From a virus (taxonomy: Duplodnaviria > Caudoviricetes), in IMG/VR virus record IMGVR_UViG_3300028392_002123: 64,000 nucleotides of DNA; one strand, given 5' to 3'. Every line of letters starts with the position of its first letter. Position 1 is the stretch's first letter. The position numbers and the translations under genes were made by a program. The notes beneath the pieces were generated by a model that did no database searches, had not been told where the DNA came from, and worked only from the letters and a program-made list of their open reading frames with translations. Below, one piece after another: positions 19,504-27,225 of this stretch.

Positions 19504-20223
19504 ATGTTAACAGATGTAATTTATACTCCAGTGGATCCACTGGAACCTATGCCAGAAGTTGATCCTAAAAAATTTCACCAATGGATCAAAGACAATTATC
19601 CTAAAACAGCAGTCTATAGGGACATAATAATTAATAAAGGACGAACTGCATCAGGCAGGGTAGAAAATTATCCATGGGATTTAACAGTGGGTTATATGGC
19701 CAGTATGGGGTGGGTGGGCACCTTTAAAAATGAATGGCCTGAGCTAGCAGACTGGATTCCACGAGCATGGGGCATTGATATCACAGATATTGGTGTTATT
19801 ATATTTTTACCTACAAGAGAACAACAATTAGGCACAGCATTTTGGCATAATGATGCAGATCTGCATGGCCTTAGATTTTATATAGAATTTGAAGATCCAG
19901 AAAACAATACGTTGTTAATGAGAAGAACTAAAATCAAACACGAAGTTAAACCTATATATGATTATCCATTGGATACAGAAAAATATTTACAAAAAGAAAT
20001 TTTAACTTGTAATATATCAAAAAGGAATCAGGTATTCTTTTTAAACAACACATTGTCTGCTCATGCTGTACATACCAATGTACCAGGCAAGGTACGCATA
20101 GCATGTTTCATATCAATTAATACATCTAGGAATAAAAAAGTTTCTGACATTGTCTGTCCTATAATAGAACGTAGTGCAGAAAAGTATAAAGATTATTCTT
20201 TATATTGGAAACCAGAAGAGTAA
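19504..20223 (+). CDS. Cupin/2OG-Fe(II) oxygenase-like protein
   Basis: FWHND...LNNTLSAHAV. Confidence 0.55.
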   Translation: MLTDVIYTPVDPLEPMPEVDPKKFHQWIKDNYPKTAVYRDIIINKGRTASGRVENYPWDLTVGYMASMGWVGTFKNEWPELADWIPRAWGIDITDIGVIIFLPTREQQLGTAFWHNDADLHGLRFYIEFEDPENNTLLMRRTKIKHEVKPIYDYPLDTEKYLQKEILTCNISKRNQVFFLNNTLSAHAVHTNVPGKVRIACFISINTSRNKKVSDIVCPIIERSAEKYKDYSLYWKPEE

Positions 20224-20237
20224 GCCCCGAAGGGCTT
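20222..20237. terminator. Hairpin between convergent genes
   Basis: AAGCCC-CGAA-GGGCTT. Confidence 0.55.
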
Positions 20238-20838
20238 ACATGGTAGGTCCGTTGCCATTGCGAAAGCCTACACTTCCACCTTCTGCTTCAATACGTGCAA
20301 TAACGTCTTCAAATAAGATAGGTGCAAAGTCAGTTTGCTCCACGCAGACACAGTGATAGCGCACATCGGGTTCGTCGCTGTATAAGATTTCTCCTGTACG
20401 TGCGTCAACACCACGAGCCTTCTTCACGCGATTGGCATGAGTGTGTCCGTGAATGTTAACACCAAAGCGACCCATTGAGTCCGAGTGTAACGGAATATGG
20501 CTTAAGATCATTCCGTTCATAACATGGTATGCTCGTAATTCTCTAAAGTACTGCCTATACTCGTCATCACGGAAGATGTCGTGGTTACCGCGGATTAAGA
20601 CCTTGTCGCCGTTTAAGCGACTCATGATGCTTAAAGCCTTGCGGTTAATAACAACGTCACCTAAGTGGTAGACCTTATCAGTGGGCTTTACCCGTTCGTT
20701 CCACGCCTTAACCATAGCTTCGTCCATTTCCTCAGGACTATCCCATGGGCGTAACTTAGTAACACCATCGTTACGTGTGAAGCGGCAGACGCCGGTATGT
20801 CCGAAATGCGTGTCGCTAACTAAAAATACACTAGGCAT
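20236..20838 (-). CDS. Calcineurin-like metallophosphoesterase
   Basis: SDTHFGH, HLGD, GNHD, HGHTH. Confidence 0.9.
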   Translation of the reverse strand: MPSVFLVSDTHFGHTGVCRFTRNDGVTKLRPWDSPEEMDEAMVKAWNERVKPTDKVYHLGDVVINRKALSIMSRLNGDKVLIRGNHDIFRDDEYRQYFRELRAYHVMNGMILSHIPLHSDSMGRFGVNIHGHTHANRVKKARGVDARTGEILYSDEPDVRYHCVCVEQTDFAPILFEDVIARIEAEGGSVGFRNGNGPTM

Positions 20839-20860
20839 CTTGCCCTCCTTTTAAAATTAT

Positions 20861-20889
20861 ATTATACACTATTATGACTTTGATGTCAA
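20861..20889 (-). promoter_or_regulatory. sigma70 consensus promoter
   Basis: TTGACA-17-TATAAT, followed by AGGAGG SD. Confidence 0.85.
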
Positions 20890-20893
20890 TTAT

Positions 20894-20969
20894 TGGTACC
20901 AAGAGTCGGAATCGAACCGACCACACACGGATTTTCAATCCGTTGCTCTACCTACTGAGCTATCTTGGC
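20894..20969 (-). tRNA. tRNA-Phe(GAA)
   Basis: Loop TT-GAA-AA, CCA. Confidence 0.95.
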
Positions 20970-20978
20970 ATTATTGAA

Positions 20979-21190
20979 TTTGTAAGTAGTTGCTCCATCG
21001 TTATAGCAACCATTCACCCATGTATATAAAGCCGGCTGGGACTCGGTACGTCACTTGGGATACTAGTCCAGTTAGCAACCAATCTGCGGAGATCTTCCGA
21101 TCTCCCGGGAGTTGAACCCGTCCCCTTTTACTATTTTGGTAGTTCGAACTTACCTAGATAGCGTGACATTCTCTTGCTGACACTTACAAA
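20979..21190 (-). ncRNA. Candidate structured ncRNA between tRNA-Ser and tRNA-Phe
   Basis: Terminal 9-bp stem TTTGTAAGT/ACTTACAAA plus several internal hairpins; no ORF. Confidence 0.6.
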
Positions 21191-21193
21191 ACT

Positions 21194-21283
21194 TGGCGGA
21201 AGCGGTGAGATTCGAACTCACGGCCCACTTTCGTGAACGACGGTTTTCAAGACCGTTGCCATAGACCACTCGGCCACACTTCC
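21194..21283 (-). tRNA. tRNA-Ser(TGA)
   Basis: Loop CT-TGA-AA, long variable arm, CCA. Confidence 0.95.
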
Positions 21284-21288
21284 TGATT

Positions 21289-21362
21289 TGGCGTCCCGCC
21301 AGGGACTCGAACCCCGACCAACGGTTTTGGAGACCGTTATGCTGCCATTACACCAGCGAGAC
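21289..21362 (-). tRNA. tRNA-Trp(CCA)
   Basis: Loop CT-CCA-AA, CCA. Confidence 0.95.
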
Positions 21363-21368
21363 ATTAAT

Positions 21369-21460
21369 TGGTACCCCCGGCGGGAATCGAACCCACATGA
21401 ACCAATTATCTGTTGCTTACGGGATATAAATCCGCCGTTTTACCGTTAAACTACAGGGGC
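21369..21460 (-). tRNA. Atypical tRNA-Ile(TAT) with 22-nt variable arm
   Basis: Acceptor GCCCCTG/CGGGGGT, normal D and T arms, loop TT-TAT-AT, CCA. Confidence 0.7.
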
Positions 21461-21465
21461 ATATT

Positions 21466-21542
21466 TGGTGCCGCAACCTGGACTCGAACCAGGGACCTTT
21501 CGCTTATCAAGCGAATGCTCTAACCAACTGAGCTATTGAGGC
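21466..21542 (-). tRNA. tRNA-Ile(GAT)
   Basis: Loop TT-GAT-AA, CCA. Confidence 0.95.
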
Positions 21543-21551
21543 AATATAAAC

Positions 21552-21627
21552 TGGGGTGAAGGATGGGACTCGAACCCACAACAACTGGAATCACAATCCA
21601 GGGCTCTACCATTGAGCTACCGACACC
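21552..21627 (-). tRNA. tRNA-His(GTG)
   Basis: Loop TT-GTG-AT, G-1, CCA; two acceptor mismatches. Confidence 0.9.
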
Positions 21628-21644
21628 AAAAGATAAATAATTTT

Positions 21645-22220
21645 ATGTACTGTTTCCACTTAAACTTAGATCTAGCACCTTTTAAATTTAAATTTAACTA
21701 TAAAGATTACTTGCCTCCATTTGGAAAAACAAGTAATGTAGTTAAATTTAATCTCGTCGACATAAATCCAGAACTTGTAGAATTATTAGCCGAGCGCAAT
21801 ATAAAAATTGGCTGGGCTGAAATGTTTATTAAACATCCTCATATGACAGTAAATGAACAAATACACATCGATGAATTTCGAGGAGACTTTGTTAAATTAA
21901 ATTGGGTCTGGGGAGGAACCGGAAGCACTATGAGATGGTTCCGAGAACTTGATCCTGCAAAAAAATTAACACCATCAAGCAATCAAATCAACAGTCCTTA
22001 TCTAGGATTCAGTATCAATGATGTTGTTCTAGAACATGAAGAAGCACTTAGTGGACCGTGTATAATACAAGTTGGTGTTCCACATAATGTTGTCATGGGC
22101 ACTGATATGAGATGGGCATTGAGTTTTGTATTATTGGATATCACTGGTAATACCAGTGCTCGACGAAGATTATCAATGCCACAAGCTTTGGAAAACCTAA
22201 GCAATCTACGCAAAGCATAA
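21645..22220 (+). CDS. Cupin/2OG-Fe(II) oxygenase-like protein (start moved to MYCFHL)
   Basis: IHIDE...KLNW...MRWF...PHNV; ATAAATA just upstream; similar to 5646 and 6341 ORFs. Confidence 0.6.
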   Translation: MYCFHLNLDLAPFKFKFNYKDYLPPFGKTSNVVKFNLVDINPELVELLAERNIKIGWAEMFIKHPHMTVNEQIHIDEFRGDFVKLNWVWGGTGSTMRWFRELDPAKKLTPSSNQINSPYLGFSINDVVLEHEEALSGPCIIQVGVPHNVVMGTDMRWALSFVLLDITGNTSARRRLSMPQALENLSNLRKA

Positions 22221-22407
22221 ACTTCCGTATAATTAACGATATGCTTTTTCTTATTAAGTAATTTAATAAGGAAAAACACTATGCGTAGAAAAAAATGGAT
22301 TGACAGAGTATCAGATATCTATCAATCAACAAAGCGAATTAATAGAAGAAGAAACTAAAAGTATACGAGCTCAAGAAAGAAAATCTTTCCTAGCTAGAAC
22401 GTTCAAA

Positions 22408-22482
22408 TGGTGGTGATAGTTGGATTTGAACCAACGACCGGCCGCGTATGAAGCGGATGCACTACCACTGTGCTATATCACC
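22408..22482 (-). tRNA. tRNA-Met(CAT), probably elongator
   Basis: Loop TT-CAT-AC, paired 1-72, CCA. Confidence 0.88.
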
Positions 22483-22637
22483 ATAAGGCGGGAGCCCAAC
22501 TATCCGGGTGGCCCGGCCTTGCTGGATTGTCTCGAATAGTCAAGTCAACTAAACTACAACCATACTATAGTGTCACCGCAGTTAACCCTACTGTGGCTAG
22601 GTTGGCAAGGACTCAAAACTATCGTCTATCCCAAAAC

Positions 22638-22715
22638 TGGCACCCATGGAAGGATTCGAACCTCCGACTCCCTGCTTCGTAGGCAAGTACTCTAGTCCAA
22701 CTGAGTTACACGGGT
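22638..22715 (-). tRNA. tRNA-Arg(ACG)
   Basis: Loop CT-ACG-AA, CCA. Confidence 0.93.
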
Positions 22716-22718
22716 ATA

Positions 22719-22794
22719 TGGTAGGACGTACTGGATTCGAACCAGTGACCAATGGATTAAAAGTCCACTGCTCTACCAACTGAGCTAACGTCCC
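22719..22794 (-). tRNA. tRNA-Lys(TTT)
   Basis: Loop CT-TTT-AA, CCA. Confidence 0.95.
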
Positions 22795-22799
22795 GTAAC

Positions 22800-22873
22800 T
22801 GGCACCCGGAGTAAGAATCGAACTTACAATAGCAGAGTCAAAGTCTGTTGTGTTACCACTACACTATCCGGGA
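22800..22873 (-). tRNA. tRNA-Gln(TTG)
   Basis: Loop CT-TTG-AC, CCA. Confidence 0.93.
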
Positions 22874-22880
22874 ATTAATA

Positions 22881-22956
22881 TGGTACTCCGTGGGGGAATC
22901 GAACCCCTCGTTTGCGCCTTGAAAGGGCACCGTCCTAACCGTTAGACGAACGGAGC
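22881..22956 (-). tRNA. tRNA-Glu(TTC), second copy
   Basis: Loop CT-TTC-AA, CCA. Confidence 0.93.
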
Positions 22957-22961
22957 AAAAT

Positions 22962-23047
22962 TGGTGGAGGCGGATGGATTCGAACCACCGCGCTTTTTAC
23001 AGAACAGATTTACAGTCTGCCGCCTTCAGCCACTCGGCCACACCTCC
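22962..23047 (-). tRNA. tRNA-Tyr(GTA)
   Basis: Loop CT-GTA-AA, long variable arm, CCA. Confidence 0.95.
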
Positions 23048-23050
23048 ATA

Positions 23051-23241
23051 ACACACTCTTTCGAATGTGTGTATTAAAGCACACTAGCCGCTCTGTTTCT
23101 TCTGTATGCCTACAGATTGTATCCATTCGTCTAATATGCTTTAATACGCTGTAATTTTTCATCTCACAAAAGAGACTCTATCCTACAGGCCGCCCGTTTC
23201 CCCATGTTTTAAGTGCGGGGTGAGCCCTCGTTGCTCCACAC
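23051..23241 (-). ncRNA. Candidate structured ncRNA leading the tRNA operon
   Basis: 11-bp stem 23071-81/23137-47, GAAA- and GGCA-capped hairpins. Confidence 0.55.
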
Positions 23242-23244
23242 TAT

Positions 23245-23281
23245 AAAAACAAAAACCCTGGAGTTTTTAGTTCCAGGGTCC
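23245..23281 (-). terminator. Attenuator-type intrinsic terminator
   Basis: minus strand GGACCCTGGA-ACTAAAAAC-TCCAGGGT-TTTTGTTTTT. Confidence 0.8.
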
Positions 23282-23312
23282 TTGAAGTTTTGAAATGTAT
23301 TAAGTTGTTTAC

Positions 23313-23423
23313 TTAACCATCCCATCCCTCCCGGACCCTGATATTAATCTCGCGGTCAAAGCAAAGCATTGACCAATATATGGAATGCTGTGAGCTAAGA
23401 TTAAAAAGTTTGTTGTTCATCAT
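23313..23423 (-). CDS. Putative leader peptide, 36 aa
   Basis: MMNNKLFNLSSQHSIYWSMLCFDREINIRVREGWDG; ATG 7 nt after a consensus -10. Confidence 0.6.
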   Translation of the reverse strand: MMNNKLFNLSSQHSIYWSMLCFDREINIRVREGWDG

Positions 23424-23430
23424 AGTGTGT

Positions 23431-23459
23431 ATTATACAGTTATTTATCTTTTATGTCAA
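23431..23459 (-). promoter_or_regulatory. sigma70 consensus promoter of tRNA operon
   Basis: TTGACA-17-TATAAT. Confidence 0.85.
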
Positions 23460-23482
23460 TTAAATCTTTAATTTTGGTAAAA

Positions 23483-24127
23483 TTACTTGACAAAATTTAC
23501 TTCTATTTTTTGTTTTGGAAAAGTGATGTAGTTGAAGTTTTCATTGACTTGATGCTGTGTGCGTTGTTTGTTTGGATCAGGAAATCCAATACCCAGTAAC
23601 AATAGCACTCCGCCTTCAGTGCCCAGAACTTTTTGTACTTTTGGGCCGTCGAAACAACCGCAGTAGCCAGTGGAATAGCCTAGCAAGTTCGCTGTAAGGT
23701 TCAAGTATCCAGATGCAATGCCCAAGGAGACTTCTCTGTCATTGTACAAAGCGTCGGGCACTCTTTCGTTGTCTTTTTCTAACCATGCCATTTGATCATT
23801 GCGATGTACACCTTCGTGTAAAACTGGTGTGACCATTTGATCTTCAAAAACCACTAACAAATTTGCCAATGTTTGTGTGTTTGTTTCGACAATATTTTTT
23901 TCCCTGTTAACTGTAAATCCATTGGTTAACCCATGTATAGTTTCAATGATATTTCTGTTAGTTATGAAATGACACTTATAGTAAGCTACGTTTTGTTTAC
24001 TGGGACATTGTGTAACTGCTGATACTAGTGTATCTAGATCTGCTTGCGGAATAGACTTAGTCAAATCCCAATTACGTTGGCAATGTTGACTTTTTTCAAT
24101 TATGGTTTCGATGTCATTGTTTGTCAT
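23483..24127 (-). CDS. Nitroreductase family protein
   Basis: SQHCQRNWD...QCPSKQN...ANLLGYSTGYCGC. Confidence 0.75.
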   Translation of the reverse strand: MTNNDIETIIEKSQHCQRNWDLTKSIPQADLDTLVSAVTQCPSKQNVAYYKCHFITNRNIIETIHGLTNGFTVNREKNIVETNTQTLANLLVVFEDQMVTPVLHEGVHRNDQMAWLEKDNERVPDALYNDREVSLGIASGYLNLTANLLGYSTGYCGCFDGPKVQKVLGTEGGVLLLLGIGFPDPNKQRTQHQVNENFNYITFPKQKIEVNFVK

Positions 24128-24138
24128 TGTATCTCCTA

Positions 24139-25056
24139 TTAACTAATATCTAATTTGTTATTTACAATGAAGGACATCAAAGATTTATTAGATCTCAGCA
24201 CCGTATTAGTCATCGATGATTCGGTGGATCCCACCGGCATCAGTCCTAGATTAAATACAGTTTCTTTAAATTCTTTATTTTTAAAAACACTGATTGCATC
24301 ACTGACAATTTTTTCTTTCATTGATTTACTCATTGATTTGGCTACCACTAAGCAAATATAACTTTGGTAAGGAAAAGATTCTTTAAAATATTTGTCCCAC
24401 GTAAGTATGTTATCTCCCATGTCGTGGCTGGCAAATAATATACTAACACGGCTGTCTCCGATAAAAGGTTTGACACTTGAATAGTTGCCAAATGTACAGT
24501 CTACTTGCCCTGCTAGAACATCCATGGCGCCTTTATTACCTCCACTGGGATAAGGAACGATAATGTGTTTTCCCTGAGCACGTACAAACAATGCTTCAGT
24601 GGCAATATGTTCTGAGCTACCATAGCCGTTGACTGCAAAACTTAGAGATTTTTTTGTGTTTAAAAACTCGTTGAACGTTGTGATACCCAGACCAGCTCTG
24701 CAAGCTAACAAATTAGGAAGTACAGCCACTGTTCCTAAAATTTCTAAATCTCGTTCAGTGTCGTATTCTAAGTCTTTATAATTTAAAGTGTTAGTGACAT
24801 AAATCTGTGGCATAGTGGCCATGAGCACACTTTCACCTTTGAGTACTTGTTTCATTGCCAGTCTGCCGGCCGCACCCGGACGATTCATAACAATATAATC
24901 TTCTATTGAGAGATTCTTGACTATCAGTCTAGTAATTCTATCACTGGGACCGCCAGGAGCATGATGCACAGTATACTCAATAATCGATGCAGGCTTTGCA
25001 CAGACAGAGAAAATTACCAGTGATATCACTAGTAAAAATTTAATTGTATTCTTCAT
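24139..25056 (-). CDS. Bug/TctC tripartite tricarboxylate transporter solute-binding protein
   Basis: Signal peptide, PGGPSD..TR, NRPGAAG, H.A.E, VPY..GG...DVLAGQVD. Confidence 0.85.
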   Translation of the reverse strand: MKNTIKFLLVISLVIFSVCAKPASIIEYTVHHAPGGPSDRITRLIVKNLSIEDYIVMNRPGAAGRLAMKQVLKGESVLMATMPQIYVTNTLNYKDLEYDTERDLEILGTVAVLPNLLACRAGLGITTFNEFLNTKKSLSFAVNGYGSSEHIATEALFVRAQGKHIIVPYPSGGNKGAMDVLAGQVDCTFGNYSSVKPFIGDSRVSILFASHDMGDNILTWDKYFKESFPYQSYICLVVAKSMSKSMKEKIVSDAISVFKNKEFKETVFNLGLMPVGSTESSMTNTVLRSNKSLMSFIVNNKLDIS

Positions 25057-25079
25057 ATATCTACTTATAAGCCAAGGCC

Positions 25080-26240
25080 TTAAGTTGCATACTGCGGCAA
25101 CAGGCCTGGTATTGGACCTAAGTCATAAAACTTATGGAAATGTTTTAAACCATCCCCGCTGTCATTGACAAAATCAGACAAGGTAGTATTGACATATTCA
25201 ATGCCCTCTCTCCAAATATTAACAGCCTTTGTGTGGGAGTATCCGTCTTTGAACCATAAATCGAATTCACTGTACCAGTCTGATGTAGATTTATCTGCTT
25301 GCCACCAATTGGTATCCCATGTTGAATATATCACACTTCTTAGCACTCGTTCGTGAATCAAACGAACTTTTTCATGTGTGATGTTGGGTGCATACCAGTG
25401 TTCTTGCATGTGAGGATTGGCCGCCAAATATTTTTTAATTACATGCCCCTGCTTTATCAATAAAGGAACACAGTCGGGGCTCCAATAAAAGAATTCAGCC
25501 ATGGCATTTGGATATTCTCTAAAATGCTCAGCTACTGTATTTTGATTAGCGGCACGATCTACAAAGCGCATCAATAGTTTACCATCGGCAATGGCTACCC
25601 TGGGTTTTTCAATGCCGATTATCATGCATATCTTTTTATCTTTATCGAATTGTTTTCTCACGTCTGCTAGAGCCAGATAATTGAAACGTGTGGCACCTGC
25701 AGGATTTATACCTTCGCGTTTGGTAAGAACCCAACTAGCATCTCCAGTGCCTTCCATAAAATCAAATAAATGATCACTTAGGTCAGCCACAGTAATTTTT
25801 GTTTTAGGTATCAGCGGTGCAATCTCTTTTAACCTAGGCATAGTCTGCAGATAGTGTTCTGCACCAGCGTTTTTTGCATCCATGTTTGCAGGATTTAAAT
25901 CGATGAACTGTTTACTGGCTTTTTCAAAATGATTAACAACTATTTCATCTACGTGCAGGCCTTGACGCACAAAGCTCATTAGAATATTGTTACTGTCTGC
26001 TCCGCCACTATAACTTATCATAACATAGTCATATCGTTCTCGTAGCTGTCGAGCTCGTCGATTATATAGTTCATCCAATGATTCTTCGGGCTCAACAGCC
26101 CAGTTATAAGAATCGAATACTCTGTCATTAAAAATCCAATTAACTGGTTTATTAACTTGAGTACTATGTAGACATGCTAAAATTTTTGAAGTGAATTCTT
26201 TGCCATCGCAGACATAGAATCCTAACTCTCTGTTGATCAT
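25080..26240 (-). CDS. PP-loop ATPase-like protein
   Basis: ISYSGGADSNN, GIEKP, FFYWS. Confidence 0.65.
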   Translation of the reverse strand: MINRELGFYVCDGKEFTSKILACLHSTQVNKPVNWIFNDRVFDSYNWAVEPEESLDELYNRRARQLRERYDYVMISYSGGADSNNILMSFVRQGLHVDEIVVNHFEKASKQFIDLNPANMDAKNAGAEHYLQTMPRLKEIAPLIPKTKITVADLSDHLFDFMEGTGDASWVLTKREGINPAGATRFNYLALADVRKQFDKDKKICMIIGIEKPRVAIADGKLLMRFVDRAANQNTVAEHFREYPNAMAEFFYWSPDCVPLLIKQGHVIKKYLAANPHMQEHWYAPNITHEKVRLIHERVLRSVIYSTWDTNWWQADKSTSDWYSEFDLWFKDGYSHTKAVNIWREGIEYVNTTLSDFVNDSGDGLKHFHKFYDLGPIPGLLPQYAT

Positions 26241-26286
26241 TGATTGTTCTCGGTAAATATTTTGCTACAATATTTAGTGAGCTATA

Positions 26287-27225
26287 ATGAAATCTGGATT
26301 TGAAAATAACAAGTTTTACGTCGAATATACCAGCCCTGGCCGGAAGATTGGTAATATGCGCGAAGAGCTTGATCTAGCGGTTAAAACAATTTCCGATTCT
26401 AGTGGCGACAAGTTACTGTTAGGTCTTAGCAGTGGCTTGGACAGTCAAGTAATACTACACAGTCTACACGAACAAGGTTTGCCATATACCTGTGCATTTT
26501 TATACATGCCAGGATACAATGATCATGAATACAACAATGTAAAAGTTTTGGAAAAGAAATATGGTTTCAATGCATTGATAGCTGAAATCGATCCTGCCAA
26601 AGAAAAAGATGAAGTATTAGACCAAGCCTATTCTCAGCACATACTTCCCAATCATTTCATGCATAAAAAGTTTTTATCATTGTTGCCCGCGGACATGGAT
26701 TACTTGAACGGTATCGAAGGACCCGACATTGTGATGAATGAAGAATCTGGTAAAAGATATATCATGGAGGCCCATTGGAATTTTGAAAATACTAGACTAA
26801 GAACATTGCGTAGCTTAGATAGGTCAGGCAAAGTATTAAACATTGATCGTAACGAAACCAGTGAAGCGTTCTTACTCAGTATAATCAACGATGCTGTATT
26901 CAGAGGTTATATCAACAGTATTCGTTATATTTTACACAATGACCTTGTTGACGGATCAGGTAAAAAGCCGGGCATTATATTCAACTACAATTATTATATC
27001 AAACCCATCATCATGGGAAGATACTGGGGTCATGAGCTATTGTATTTCCCAAAATCTATGGGCGTGGAAAAAATAGATTGGATTATGAACTGTCCCATTA
27101 AAAGTACATATAGTCGAGATGTTGTTCACACTGAATATTATACTCTGAGAAAATTCTTGTTACAAGATAAAGTAGATGTACTGAGAATGGAAGACAAATT
27201 GCCTACATCAGAGGCCCACAGTTAA
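26287..27225 (+). CDS. PP-loop-like protein
   Basis: LGLSSGLDSQ; paralog of 16184..17095. Confidence 0.6.
   Translation: MKSGFENNKFYVEYTSPGRKIGNMREELDLAVKTISDSSGDKLLLGLSSGLDSQVILHSLHEQGLPYTCAFLYMPGYNDHEYNNVKVLEKKYGFNALIAEIDPAKEKDEVLDQAYSQHILPNHFMHKKFLSLLPADMDYLNGIEGPDIVMNEESGKRYIMEAHWNFENTRLRTLRSLDRSGKVLNIDRNETSEAFLLSIINDAVFRGYINSIRYILHNDLVDGSGKKPGIIFNYNYYIKPIIMGRYWGHELLYFPKSMGVEKIDWIMNCPIKSTYSRDVVHTEYYTLRKFLLQDKVDVLRMEDKLPTSEAHS

Noticed and set aside
21397-21418. Intron in tRNA-Ile(TAT)
   Set aside because: Too short for a group I/II intron and lies at the variable arm, not at 37/38
22470-22779. ORFs overlapping tRNAs (22470-22682, 22597-22779)
   Set aside because: They translate tRNA sequence
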